DNA of 64,000 bases from Octopus bimaculoides (lineage: Eukaryota), in NCBI RefSeq assembly GCF_001194135.2, contig NC_068996.1, forward strand, positions 9,513,181 to 9,577,180. Reading direction: 5' to 3'. The notes below the pieces were generated by a model. The model saw nothing but the letters and a program-made list of their open reading frames with translations. It had not been told where the DNA came from and did not search any database. The position numbers and the translations under genes were made by a program. Within the stretch, counting starts at the first letter, position 1. Every line of letters starts with the position of its first letter. Below are positions 1 through 11,777 of this stretch, in pieces.

Positions 1-149
1 TGTATATATATATATGTACATTTGTATGTATGTATATGTATGTGTGTGAGTTTGTGCATGCATACTATATATTATATATATATGTATGCATGTATATATA
101 TATATGTACATTTGTATGTATGTATGTAAGTGTGTATGTATGTATATAT

Positions 150-380
150 CTGTGTGTGTCTTTGTGTCTGTGTTTGTCTCTCACCACTGTTTGACAACCG
201 GTGTCGGTGTGTTTACATCCCTGTAACTTAGCAGTTCAGCAAAATATATCGATAGAATAAGTACCGGGCTTAAAAAAGAGATAAGTACTGGGGTCGATTC
301 TTTTGACTAAAAATTCTTCAAGGCAATGCGTCAGCATGGCGTCAGTCTAATGGCCAAAAGAACAAAAAGTTAAAACATAA
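150..380 (+). mobile_element. 3' half of tRNA-derived octopus-type SINE (family A)
   Basis: ttgacaaccggtgtcggtgtgtttacatccc...gtaacttagc...ggggtcgatt...cagcatgg tail shared with the fuller copies at 7356, 16771 and 18701. Confidence 0.85.
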
Positions 381-1481
381 ATGATAAAAAGTAGGGGTTT
401 GCCTTTTGTGAGAGTGGGCCTTATACACAGATAAATATGGTATTAAAAGAGTGGTACCCATTATATTGGAATAGTTTAGTCAAACAAACCACTCTAAAAC
501 GAATGTGTAATGTACAGAACAGGATTAATATTCATTAAATAATAAAACAAGAAATTAACGTTTCTCAAAATATATTTGGAAAGAAACATATTTTGGTTAA
601 TATTTATATTATTATAATGGCATTTTATAGAGTGGTGTTGGGCGGGGGACTCCCCCTTTCCACTACAGATACACAACAGAATTGGCAGAAACCATAAAAC
701 AATTTGCTGTACTTTAATGATTTATAAGTATTTATGTTCCTTGAAATTGTCTTAGATTTTTCTTACTACAATTATATGTTATAATGGAAAAGATTAAAAG
801 TATCTTTGTGTTTGAAAATGAAATCCCACTAGGGTTGACTTTTTATTTTTCAATCTTCTAAAGTTGATAAAAATAAGAATCAATTGTTACATGAATGCTG
901 ACTCAATTTATTTCCCCCACCCACGACCCCTTCGCATCCTCGTCTCGTCAAATATTGGCTTTGCGCCTTGTCATAACAAATATCATTGTAATGACTTTTG
1001 AGTGATTTGTTGCTATGGGAAATATTTTCCAGGGCTTCTTTTACCGTTATTTCATTTTTTTTTTGTACATATTCTTTATTTTTACCACAATTTTTTAAAG
1101 AAAAAAGATATTCATTATGTTTTTATTTTATACCCCTGGAAAAAAACCCATTTTTTTCTTATTCGTAAATACTCTTTTGTTGATTTGCCATGTGTTTAGT
1201 TTTTAGAAAGAACATTGGGGTTTTTATAAAGGACAAAGTATTCATTATGTACTCAAGAAATAGTGAAGAACTGTTGATAATTTCATTGAAATTCTGCTAG
1301 TTATGAGACATATGGATATAAGACAAAAACATTCTGTCATCTGCGATATCAAATAACTGTATTAATTAATTATAATTGACAATAACAATAATGATAATAA
1401 TAAAACTCACTTAAAAAAATAAAATAAAAATAGTTTTTGAACAGCGGTATTCTTCTTTCTTTTTTCTTTTGAAAAATGCTT

Positions 1482-1523
<42 letters not shown>

Positions 1524-1546
1524 CAAATAATTTGCATTGATTTAAA

Positions 1547-1593
1547 TTAGTCACGTACAAATTGTGGCTCATGGGACTTTCTGAATTGCACAT
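1547..1593 (-). CDS. Candidate terminal coding exon (D)VQFRKSHEPQFVRD*
   Basis: ttttctttAG acceptor at 1595-1594, open phase-1 frame to TAA at 1549-1547, followed by a long A run; no homology recognised. Confidence 0.25.
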
Positions 1594-1619
1594 CTAAAGA
1601 AAATTTACCTTGTAAATAT

Positions 1620-1720
1620 AGGTGCAGGAGTGACTGTGTGGTAAGCAGCTTGCTTACCAACCACATGGTTCCGGGTTCAGTCCCACTGCGTGGCACCTTG
1701 GGCAAGTGTCTTCTACTATA
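1620..1720 (+). mobile_element. SINE family A head only (tRNA-like A/B boxes)
   Basis: tgactgtgtggtaag...ggttcagtccc...ccttgggcaagtgtcttctactata. Confidence 0.85.
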
Positions 1721-1764
1721 TATAAGAGGCTGAGTATTCCACAGACACACACATTCTTACTGTA

Positions 1765-2648
1765 CGAAGGGTACCCCAAAAAATCGAGAAGTTCTCTGTA
1801 GGACAAGCTCATGGTAATTCGGGTTTCCACCATTAGAAGCCACTTGATGCAACCCTCAGGCATCAGTCTGCAAACCGGTGGTGCCCTGAGGAGTTGTACT
1901 GCTATGTGATGCGTCTTTGTTTTACAGTGTTTCTTCCCTGTTCATCAATTTTTGTGATGGCTGAAATGAAGGAACAGTGTGCTTCCATGAAACTCTGTTT
2001 TCTACTGGGGAAAACTGCAGCCAAAACAGTTGTCATGCTTCAAACAGCTTACAATGACACTGCAATGAGCAAAACACAAGTTTATGAGTGGTTTCTATGC
2101 TTTAAGAATGGTCACTTGTTGCTTGAAGACCAACCTCATTCAGGATGACCAGTGACCTTCTAAATGAATGAAAACATCATGAAAATTCATGAACTGATCT
2201 TTGAGGACTGTCACCCAACGATTGATGAACTTGTTGATATGACTGGTATGTCCTGGAGCTCCTCCCAACGAATTTTGAGTGAGGAATTGCAAATGAAAAA
2301 TGCTGCAGCAAAATTTGTTTCACTTGCTCAAGGAAGATCAAAAGCAGTTATGAATGAATGCGTGTCGTGAACTGAAAGAAGAGTTGGAAGTTGATCTGGA
2401 CCTTTCTTTCGAAGGTCATCACTGGTGACGGAAGCTGGTGGTATGGAATTTGCAGATGTGGAAGAGGTGAAGAAAAAACAATAGAGGCTTTAAAAGGCAT
2501 CATTTCACAAGAGTTCCAGGACTGCTTCGAATAATGGAAAGCATACCTGGACCAATGAATTGCTTCAAATGGAGAATACTTTCAAGGTGATAAAAATTAT
2601 AAACATGTAAAACTAAGTGAATAAAATTATATTGCAAAATTCCGGAAG
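1765..2648 (+). mobile_element. Degenerate mariner transposon with internal deletion of most of the catalytic domain
   Basis: TA then CGAAGGG terminus; N-terminal KLCFLLGKTAAKTVVMLQTAY...SKTQVYEWF..FKNG...EDQPHSG; ITGDGSW motif joined directly to C-terminal FADVEEVKKK...NGEYFQGD; stops and frameshifts. Confidence 0.9.
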
Positions 2649-2885
2649 AATCAGAGTAGTGACACGATGTGTGACAAGACCAGACCATTGAACTACATGC
2701 ACAATGCATCCAATGGGCTTCTGCAGAATTTTCGTAAAAGCCGTAAACTTAATTTCATTCACAAGATATTACACAGTGAAATGAAATTCAAGAACCTTGT
2801 AATTTCAGAATGAATCTTCTTAACCATTTAGCAATATTCTTTTCACAGAATATATGAATAAATGATGACAGTAGCTGTTGCATAC

Positions 2886-2963
2886 CATTCAGAACAGCAG
2901 ACGATTCTATCCTGTACAATGGTGATGATGTTAGAGAAGTAACAGCTCCAAGAATATAATAAC
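2886..2963 (-). CDS. Candidate 78-nt internal exon (x)YYILGAVTSLTSSPLYRIESSAVLN
   Basis: (CT)n tract plus TAAG acceptor, G|GTATGC donor, open symmetric phase-1 frame; no homology recognised. Confidence 0.3.
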
Positions 2964-4067
2964 CTTAGAGAGAGAGAGAGATTAAGTGTGTGAATAAGTA
3001 TGCGTGCGTGTATGTGTGTGCACGTGTGTGTGAGTGTGTGTATATGTGCGTGCATGTGTGTGATTGTGTGTGCGTGTATGTGTGTGTCTGCAACCTTTGA
3101 CTCTTTCCACAAAGGGAGCTTATCTATTTGTGGCTGCTCACTCAGACGGAAATGGCAACCAAATCACTTTTAAATCACGCCATACCATTTTGAATTATGG
3201 GACGCCACATAATCATAAATACAACCCTTGGATGGTTACGGATGAAACGCTTTTGATCACAAGTCTGTTTGATCGGGGCTGAGATAGGAATCGAAGCAAG
3301 ACAACAACAACAGCAACTGCTACAACAACAACAACCAAAGAAAGAAGTTGGTTGAGATAGATGCTCGGAGAGATACAGCAGCAGCAGTAGCAGCAGCAGT
3401 AGTAACAGCAGCAGTTAAATAATTAAGAACAATGGACCCGAAAGACTTTGAGGCAGAGTAACTGGCTATTCTTGTTGCTTTGTATGAAAATTATGGATGA
3501 CTGTGAGGCCTCAGCCATATCTGGTCCAAAATCCTACCTGTTCTATGTTCAAACTGGCCAGATCCAGTTTCTCACACTTACCCTACAATGTCATTCTAAA
3601 AATAAACACTCGCATCATTGAAATCTTGAAGCTACATGATTTATTCAAAACAGTATGAATAAATAAGGATTACATTTGACAGTAATGAGTTAATGTAAAC
3701 TCGAGTTAAACTCGACTGCTTGACATGCAAGCAGTTGAGTCACTCTTAAACCTTAGCTCTGTCATCTTGAAAAAGAACGGGTCACACATTAGAAAATTTC
3801 ATTGTAAACACTTGACTCCCTTCTCAAAATTCAAGGGATGGCCTTTGGTTGATCAGAATTGTCTTGGGAGCTAAACAGCAACAACAATAAGGTTGAAGAA
3901 GAGCGCGTAGCCTGACAGAGTATGATTACGTGGTTAAGTTTGCTTTACAAGTTCAATCCCACTGCATGGCAGCACTTTGAGCAAGTATCTTCTACCACTG
4001 CTTCATGGCAACTGAAACTATGTGAATTAAAATTTAGCTGACAGAAACTGCATAGATGTTCTGTCAG

Positions 4068-4165
4068 CTAAATTCACTGGTACTTAATTTATGGACCTCG
4101 AAAGGATGAAAGGCAAAGTCAACCTCGTAGAATTTGAACTCAGAACGTAGCAATGGGCGAATTAC
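4068..4165 (-). mobile_element. SINE family B fragment
   Basis: gaaaggatgaaaggcaaagtcaacctc...aatttgaactcagaacgta shared with the other family B copies. Confidence 0.75.
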
Positions 4166-5206
4166 TGTTCCTGCTCCTTGTAAATTGACTACTTTAACTG
4201 TCCCCAAACATCAGGCTTTGTGCTTATATAAGGAAGGATTATTTCTTCCTATCATTACTCTGTGTACGTGCCTGTAGATTGGAGAGCATAGGAGAAGGTT
4301 CTTGCCTTTGGTGGTCAGGAAAACCCTGGATCTATGAAGTTCCTTAACTAGCCCTTGATGAAGTTTCTCCGCTATAAGAAGAACTGTATCACATACTTTG
4401 ACTACAATGTATACTTTCATCACATTTCATTGTCTTTTCCATTTCTTTCTCCCCATCCTTTATATAAATCCCCACATAAATTGTTGTTCTGTCATTTTTC
4501 ATGTCCCTCTCAATTGTAGCCTTGTGGCCTGTGGTTAATAAAAGAAATTATTTTATTATCATTGTTGTTCTTGTTCTTGTTGTTAAGGGTTAGGGTTAGG
4601 GTTAGACAGGCGGGTATATATTTAAATAGACAGATTGCTTGAGTGATTGATTGCTGAAAATATAAACAATGATATGTGTTTATCTATGTATTTGCATATA
4701 ATATGAGTGGGTCGGTGAACTTTTTACTCTGTTCTTCATACATTTGTATATTACTGTGGAGGTAGATGTGCACATAAACAGTCAGCTGTCCACTTCAGCC
4801 TGCTCCGACACACATAAAATTGTGAGAAAAAATGTTGCTTGCACATCAAATATTATTGGTAAAAGAGATACAGATGAACAACAAAGAAATCTACAAATAA
4901 AACAGAAAGATAGTACCTTTATCTAATGTGTCAAAATTGCGATAACTTCCAGTTGACAACCGATGAAGGAACCAGACATGTGTACACCTTGTGCTGTCAT
5001 TTCGTTTTCCTTCTTTACTGTCCCATCGCGTCACTCTTCCAATACATACGTGTATACATGTATACATCTATCCATGCTTGTATGCCAGCATCCATCGATC
5101 TGTCATATATGCATGCATACATACATACAATGCACATATATATGTGTGTATGCATAATCGTTGGCGATTTTCTTCATCCGTCTTCCTTTCTATTGGACTT
5201 TCCTGT

Positions 5207-5242
5207 GTTTCCGAAGAAGAGCATCTGCTCGAAACGTTAGAC
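5207..5242 (+). ncRNA. Minimal type-I hammerhead-like motif with CCGAAGA core
   Basis: GTTT CCGAAGA A GAGC-ATCT-GCTC GAA ACGT T AGAC: helix I 4 bp, helix II 4 bp, palindromic ACGU helix III, GUU site. Confidence 0.6.
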
Positions 5243-6003
5243 CATTCTTCTTTCCTTTCCTGAGTGTCTGCTAATACATTACATGTACCACGTCCACGCG
5301 TTGTTGTTTTTTTTTTGTGTTTGTTCTTTTTTGGATTTACTATTTTATCTATATGTGTGTGTGTGTGTTTGTCTACTATATATAACATATATGTGTATAT
5401 GTATATATACCATATATATATATATGTATGCATATATATATGCATATATATTACATGTAATATATATATACATACTATATATAATATATATGTGTAGATG
5501 TATATATATATGTATATATATATATGTATGTATATATATATATATGTATGTGTATATGTATATGTCAATGCATGCATATATGTGTGTGTGTCTCTGTGTG
5601 TTTGTGTATGTATATTATGAGGGATGATTATATCATTACTAAGGCTAGTATTGTTACTAAATATTCAGTTAATTATAACTTTGCAAGACTTATCATATGC
5701 CAGCAAATGTATTACTTACACTTTCCTATATATATATATATATATATNNNNNNNNNNNNNNNNNNNNNNNNNNNNNNNNNNNNNNNNNNNNNNNNNNNNN
5801 NNNNNNNNNNNNNNNNNNNNNNNNNNNNNNNNNNNNNNNNNNNNNNNNNNNNNNNNNNNNNNNNNNATCACCAGTTTCAATGTTATGATTAGCGAAACCG
5901 GTCGACTGTCATAATATTCTATCTTTTAAAATATATCAAAAATATATAAACTGTGTGCGTTTTCCTTCTCTTATTCTCTCTCTCTCTCTCTCTTTCTCGC
6001 ACG

Positions 6004-6042
<39 letters not shown>

Positions 6043-6620
6043 GCATACATACATTCGTACAGACACACACATAGCCAAGAGCAAAGTGAAACACGAAATT
6101 CAGTTTATCCTTTTATTATAACATTAGAAATGACATAATCATTACACGTTTCACGAGCAAATACTAGAATGATGTGCGATAATCATTTGCATAATCACTT
6201 TGAAATGTCAGTTCTTTAGAAGAAAATAATCATTCAATCCATTGTTATTTATTAATTTCATTTGGTCGACGGGGCTAATTAAGAACTGCATGTAAATTTA
6301 AGAGAGTATGCAACATGTAGCAGTTAAGAGACGGAAGGTCAGTATTTTTATTTTAACGTTGAGATAAAGATAGAAAGAAAGGAGAAAAGTACTAAACTTA
6401 GTGAAGATGTCTAAGGAAAGAGAAAAATTCAATGTTTTAGAGAAAACAATCTAGAATTTATATTTGCCACTTAAATGCGGCTAGACCCTAAGGGTGAATG
6501 CTACTGTTGCTTTTAGCCCCAGGAGAACATCTCCTCCAGTTGGCTATTGACACACTTTCTATGCCCTGTCGGTATTTTCAAAGGGAAGTCATCCTTCTTA
6601 TCATCGATCTGACGTGATGC

Positions 6621-6663
6621 GCACGGACTCGAGTTTCTGGGTATTTACCCTTCATCAGCGTAC
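6621..6663 (-). ncRNA. Minimal type-I hammerhead ribozyme
   Basis: Minus strand GTACG CTGATGA A GGGT-AAAT-ACCC A GAA ACTCGAGT C CGTGC: canonical core, 5-bp helix I, palindromic helix III, GUC site. Confidence 0.8.
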
Positions 6664-6747
6664 AACCACCGATCTTCGATGCGAAGGGCTCCCAATGCAA
6701 ATACAAATATACTTTTTCCAGTGACTTTTTCTTATATATATATATAC

Positions 6748-6781
<34 letters not shown>

Positions 6782-6824
6782 ACACACACACGCACACACA
6801 CAACTTTATATTATTTCTTGAGTA

Positions 6825-7350
6825 TCGTAGAATAAGAGAATTTAACAATGTACTTATTCCACATTCAATGATATTTGTGGTTTAGAGAAAAGTTCTACTT
6901 CGTATATTAAAGAAAACTTCCGATGGATATTTGTAATATTTCTTGTATAAGGTGTGTTAAACCAAGTTACATTATTTTTTCTCGTTTTATCATTTCTTTT
7001 TCGAGGGTTGTAGTAATTTTTATGGAAAGTATATCGTAATAATTCTTGGCGGTGTTGTATGAAAATATGTTGCCTGAGTTTTCAGTTCTGGATATGTGAA
7101 AATGGGTTAGGTTTTTATCCTACCTTTTAAGTTAAATTTTACGTTTGTAATGGGTGTGTCGTGACCGCTTGATTCAACTTTATCATTAGATTCTTGTATA
7201 TAGTTTATTTTATTATATTTCTTCACTTTATCTTTCGTTGCATATTCACTCTCAAGATATTTAAATTTAGTTTGTTAGTTTTATAAAATTTTTCATACTA
7301 TCTGTAAATTTTGTTTCTGCCTATATCAGGCTTTTTACCATTTTTATTCC
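6825..7350 (-). pseudogene. Penelope-like RT thumb/linker remnant (WFNPPY-type lineage)
   Basis: Minus-strand NVTWFNTPYTRNITNI and NHKYH*MWNKYIVKFSYS match the PLE motif WFNPP...TN...H..H.I.N...VK.SYS; same strand as the HHR at 6621. Confidence 0.7.
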
Positions 7351-7355
7351 TTGAT

Positions 7356-7750
7356 CAGGTATGACTGTGTGGTAAGAAGTTTGCTTCTCAACCACTAGGT
7401 CCCAGGTTCAGTCCCATGCTGTGACACCTTGGGCAAGTGTCTTCTACTATAGCATCGGGCTGACCAAAGCTTTGTGAGCGGATTTGATAGACGAAAACTG
7501 AAAGTCCATCGTAAAGGTATATATGTGTGTCTTTGTGTCTGTGTTTGTTCCCCAATCACCGCTTGATAACCGGTGTTGGTTTGTTTAGTCCCCGTAATTT
7601 AGCGCCGCGACAAAGGCCACCGATAGAATAAATACCAGGCTTTAAAGAAAAAAGTACTGGGGTCGATTCTTTCGACTAAAATTCTTTAAGGTAATGCTCC
7701 AGCAAGGCCGCAGTCTAATGACCGAAACAAGTAAGAGGAAAGAATAAAGA
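7356..7750 (+). mobile_element. SINE family A, near full length
   Basis: tRNA-like head, ccttgggcaagtg core, TG tract and ggggtcgatt...cagcaaggccgcagtc tail. Confidence 0.9.
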
Positions 7751-8763
7751 AAAAAATCTACAACCATGTGTTGTTAATATTAGATGTGATTATTTTAGTA
7801 ATTATCCTTTCCTCGTTTATTTGCAATATTTTTACGTGCGGAAGATTGAGTTAAAAAGATGTGTCCTTTATTATGTTTCGTATGCTTATGTGCGAAAATT
7901 ACGCTAAAATCACAGTTGTTTCTATCAGATGATGTCAGTGGCGTATAGGGGAATAAGGAGAATGACCGCTCCTCACGAATATGTTCTTTAAAATTGGCGC
8001 CATTTACCAATTTTTAAAAATTTCTTTAATTCACTTGTGCGATAGAAGTCGAATCGTTTCTTTTTTCGTTAATCGCAAAGGCCTTGGAAAAATTTGCTGG
8101 AACCATTACTGTATTTGGCTACCCTCTCATAGTTTTGAACTGTCTACTCAATCTCTTATGATGTGTTGGTGTCATTTGACATCTGAAGAACCAAAACAAA
8201 CCTTGACGTCATAACCTCTCGATACTGGACGATCCGTGGAATTTCATCTTTTTTTTTCACGTCCCACTTGTATCAACAGTTGTAAGTTTCATATGTAATG
8301 TCATTGTTACTGAAACATGAAATTAATGGATGTTGAATACAATTATTTATATTATAACCAATGAAATATTTCGCATAATATATAACAAAAATGAGTTTTA
8401 ATTTATTTGGTAAGTACAACGGCGTCTTTTTTGTTTTATTTGGTCGCTCTCCTTAACTTTAAAACATGATCATACTACACTATGATGCTATAAAGTGGAT
8501 CTTATCTTCAAAACCACTTATCAATAATAGTGTGTCATTATAATATTCAGATTTATTAAATATTTCTATGTTAGCGGAAAAGTAGAGATATTCTAAGAGA
8601 AATATTCCTGACGAGATTGGTTTCCTGTCAGGTGCATTTCCGTGGTGTGTGTTGATGGAAATCTTTTCACCTTTGCTCTGACTTCCTGAACAGAGACATC
8701 GAAAACGCCCTCAATAGGGGTCATGCTAATCATAGCTCTCTCAGCAACACAATGACAAAAATC

Positions 8764-8818
<55 letters not shown>

Positions 8819-9181
8819 ACGTACGTACTTACGCACACACGTACGCTCGCACATACACGCGTGCGCATACACACACAAATATTATCGCACTTTTCCTCGC
8901 AGAATACGAACAGTACGTAACTAGAACACTCTCAATCGCTACAAATGTATGTGTGTGCCTTTTATGTATATTTATATACATTTGTCAAATGATAAAATAG
9001 ATAAGAAAGTGCAATGCTAAAAATCAAACGCAAAGCAAGCATTATTTCAAGGATAATTTTGGTACAAATCCTGGCAAATATGAACTATTTGTATATGTTT
9101 GGTAATTGGTAAACAAGATATTGGTTTGTCAAAAATGGCGGTCTAGCTACTTGTAGCAATACAAACAGCAATAACCTAGAC

Positions 9182-9757
9182 CAAGGATTCTCAACCATTT
9201 CATATCTATGAACCCTTTTGATTACTATTTTATTCTGGTGGACCCACAATGCCATTCGATGTTTAAAAACTAGTTTTATAGAAACGTCTTTCAAATTTCC
9301 TATTTTGTTTTCCACGCATTAACTTGTATAGATTGAACTGTGTAAACTGTTAGAAAAAGAAACCTAAATGTTTCTTGCAATACAAACCAATACACACATC
9401 TAAAACAGGGGCTCTCAATCGTCTAAGGACGCCTTTCTTTACTATTTTATTCTCATGGACACTCCACTCCGTGAGCTATACGATGTTTAAGAACTAGCTT
9501 TATAGAAACTTCTTTCAAAATTCCTATTATGTTTTCCACACATTAACTTGTGTAGGTTGAAGTATGTAAAACATTAGAGAAAGAAACCCAGCTGTTTCTT
9601 GCAATACATAACCAATAGACACATCTAAATCAAAACTTTTTCAGGGGCCCTTAAAATACTATTGTGGATCCGTAATTTACTCTTTTGTTGTGTGGACCCC
9701 AACAAAAATCTTATATGGACCCTCAGGGGCCATATGGACACCGATTGAGAAACACTG
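9182..9757. mobile_element. hAT (Charlie-type) MITE with internal tandem duplication
   Basis: Termini caaggattctcaac and gattgagaaacactg; flanks acctagac/acctagat (8-bp TSD, one mismatch); second unit starts at caggggctctcaatc near 9406. Confidence 0.8.
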
Positions 9758-9958
9758 ACCTAGATCAAATAAGGAAGGACTTAATTAGTACGTTTAAAGA
9801 AGTAAAACTAGACACCACTGTAGAAACTCAATACGTGTCAACACAAACGATGCAGAAAATACAAGGAAAGCTCATTGAAAGAAGCATATCCAGAGTCTTC
9901 TGTGACATAAAAACGTTTGATAGTGCTGCAGGCCACCACAAAAAACAAAGCTTCAGAG

Positions 9959-10023
9959 CAGCTGTCCCCAAAGCTTTTGCACCATGGACAACTTTTATGC
10001 AAGACTATTTTCCCACGGACCGG
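9959..10023 (+). mobile_element. Left terminus of another Charlie-group hAT element
   Basis: cagctgtccccaaagcttttgcaccatggac...gactattttcccacggaccgg resembles the CAGCGGTCCCCAACCTTTTTGGCACCAGGGAC terminus as I recall it. Confidence 0.55.
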
Positions 10024-10082
10024 ATATCACGTGCATAACAAAACACAATAGATTGCATTATATACAATTTTATAATATAGAC

Positions 10083-10377
10083 CAAGGGTTCTCAACCATT
10101 CCACCCCCATGGACCCCTTTGATCCCACCCTTCATAGCCATTCGATGTTTAAAAAATCTTATGTTTTTATAATTAAATATTAGTATGAATTGTATAAAAG
10201 TAATTGTTAAAGTATCATGTGTATTATAGAAGTATAACCCATTTGCAACATAAACTTTACTGGTCTGAAGCACAATTCTTTTATGGCGCTTGAAAAACTA
10301 GCATGGAACTCCAACTTACTATATTGTATCAGTGGACCTCCTAATATCTTATATGGACCTCAGTTGAGAAACCCCTG
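10083..10377. mobile_element. hAT MITE related to the 9182 element
   Basis: caagggttctcaac...gttgagaaacccctg TIRs; perfect 8-bp TSD atatagac on both sides. Confidence 0.9.
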
Positions 10378-10411
10378 ATATAGACGATGCAAATGTAATT
10401 ATTACATTGTA

Positions 10412-10449
<38 letters not shown>

Positions 10450-10450
<1 letters not shown>

Positions 10451-10721
10451 TGTAATTTCAATACGGAGCAAATAATTCAGGAGAAAATATTTGCGAAGAT
10501 ATTGACTCTGTTATTATCTAGTGTAACAATTAAAAATGATAATAACAATCAATAATATAGGTGAGTGCACCCCATGCAAAATGCATTACATAGCTGAAGG
10601 GTTTTAATTAATCAAAGGACATACTACGTATGTCTACCTGCTGGAAATAACAGTCAAAACTCTTATTAAGTAAGAGAATTGACTGTTATTTCCAGCAGGT
10701 AGACATACTTAGCATGTCCTT
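10450..10721. repeat. Interspersed repeat (also at 43835-44055) ending in a palindromic junction
   Basis: aatttcaatac.gagcaaata.ttcaggagaaaatat...ggacatacta.gtatgtctacctgctggaaataacagtcaaaactcttat shared with 43835; inverted at about 10668. Confidence 0.8.
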
Positions 10722-11560
10722 NNNNNNNNNNNNNNNNNNNNNNNNNNNNNNNNNNNNNNNNNNNNNNNNNNNNNNNNNNNNNNNNNNNNNNNNNNNNNNN
10801 NNNNNNNNNNNNNNNNNNNNNNNNNNNNNNNNNNNNNNNNNNNNNNNNNNNNNNNNNNNNNNNNNNNNNNNNNNNNNNNNNNNNNNNNNNNNNNNNNNNN
10901 NNNNNNNNNNNNNNNNNNNNNNNNNNNNNNNNNNNNNNNNNNNNNNNNNNNNNNNNNNNNNNNNNNNNNNNNNNNNNNNNNNNNNNNNNNNNNNNNNNNN
11001 NNNNNNNNNNNNNNNNNNNNNNNNNNNNNNNNNNNNNNNNNNNNNNNNNNNNNNNNNNNNNNNNNNNNNNNNNNNNNNNNNNNNNNNNNNNNNNNNNNNN
11101 NNNNNNNNNNNNNNNNNNNNNNNNNNNNNNNNNNNNNNNNNNNNNNNNNNNNNNNNNNNNNNNNNNNNNNNNNNNNNNNNNNNNNNNNNNNNNNNNNNNN
11201 NNNNNNNNNNNNNNNNNNNNNNNNNNNNNNNNNNNNNNNNNNNNNNNNNNNNNNNNNNNNNNNNNNNNNNNNNNNNNNNNNNNNNNNNNNNNNNNNNNNN
11301 NNNNNNNNNNNNNNNNNNNNNNNNNNNNNNNNNNNNNNNNNNNNNNNNNNNNNNNNNNNNNNNNNNNNNNNNNNNNNNNNNNNNNNNNNNNNNNNNNNNN
11401 NNNNNNNNNNNNNNNNNNNNNNNNNNNNNNNNNNNNNNNNNNNNNNNNNNNNNNNNNNNNNNNNNNNNTATATATATATATATATATACATACATACATA
11501 CATACATACATACATACGTAATACACACACACACACACACACACACACTTGTATATGTAC

Positions 11561-11777
11561 ACAAATGGGGTGCTGAAAAGTTCCTGACTTTAGGTGGAAG
11601 AAAATACAGGAGGGTCAGTTAACTATGATTTTACTCAACATATTCCCCTCTCAGATCCACAGACTTACTGCAGCGATCCTTCAGTTTTTTAAGCCCTGTA
11701 AAAGAACACGGAAGCTTGGTCTTCAACCAGGCCTTTCGCGACACCCTTAAAGCCAGGAATTTTTCAGCACACTCTTG
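11561..11777. mobile_element. Mariner-type MITE
   Basis: TIRs ggggtgctgaaaagttcctg and ccaggaatttttcagcacactcttg followed by TA. Confidence 0.75.

Noticed and set aside
1483-1523. Processed-pseudogene poly(A) tail
   Set aside because: No polyadenylation signal, TSD or intronless multi-exon CDS upstream
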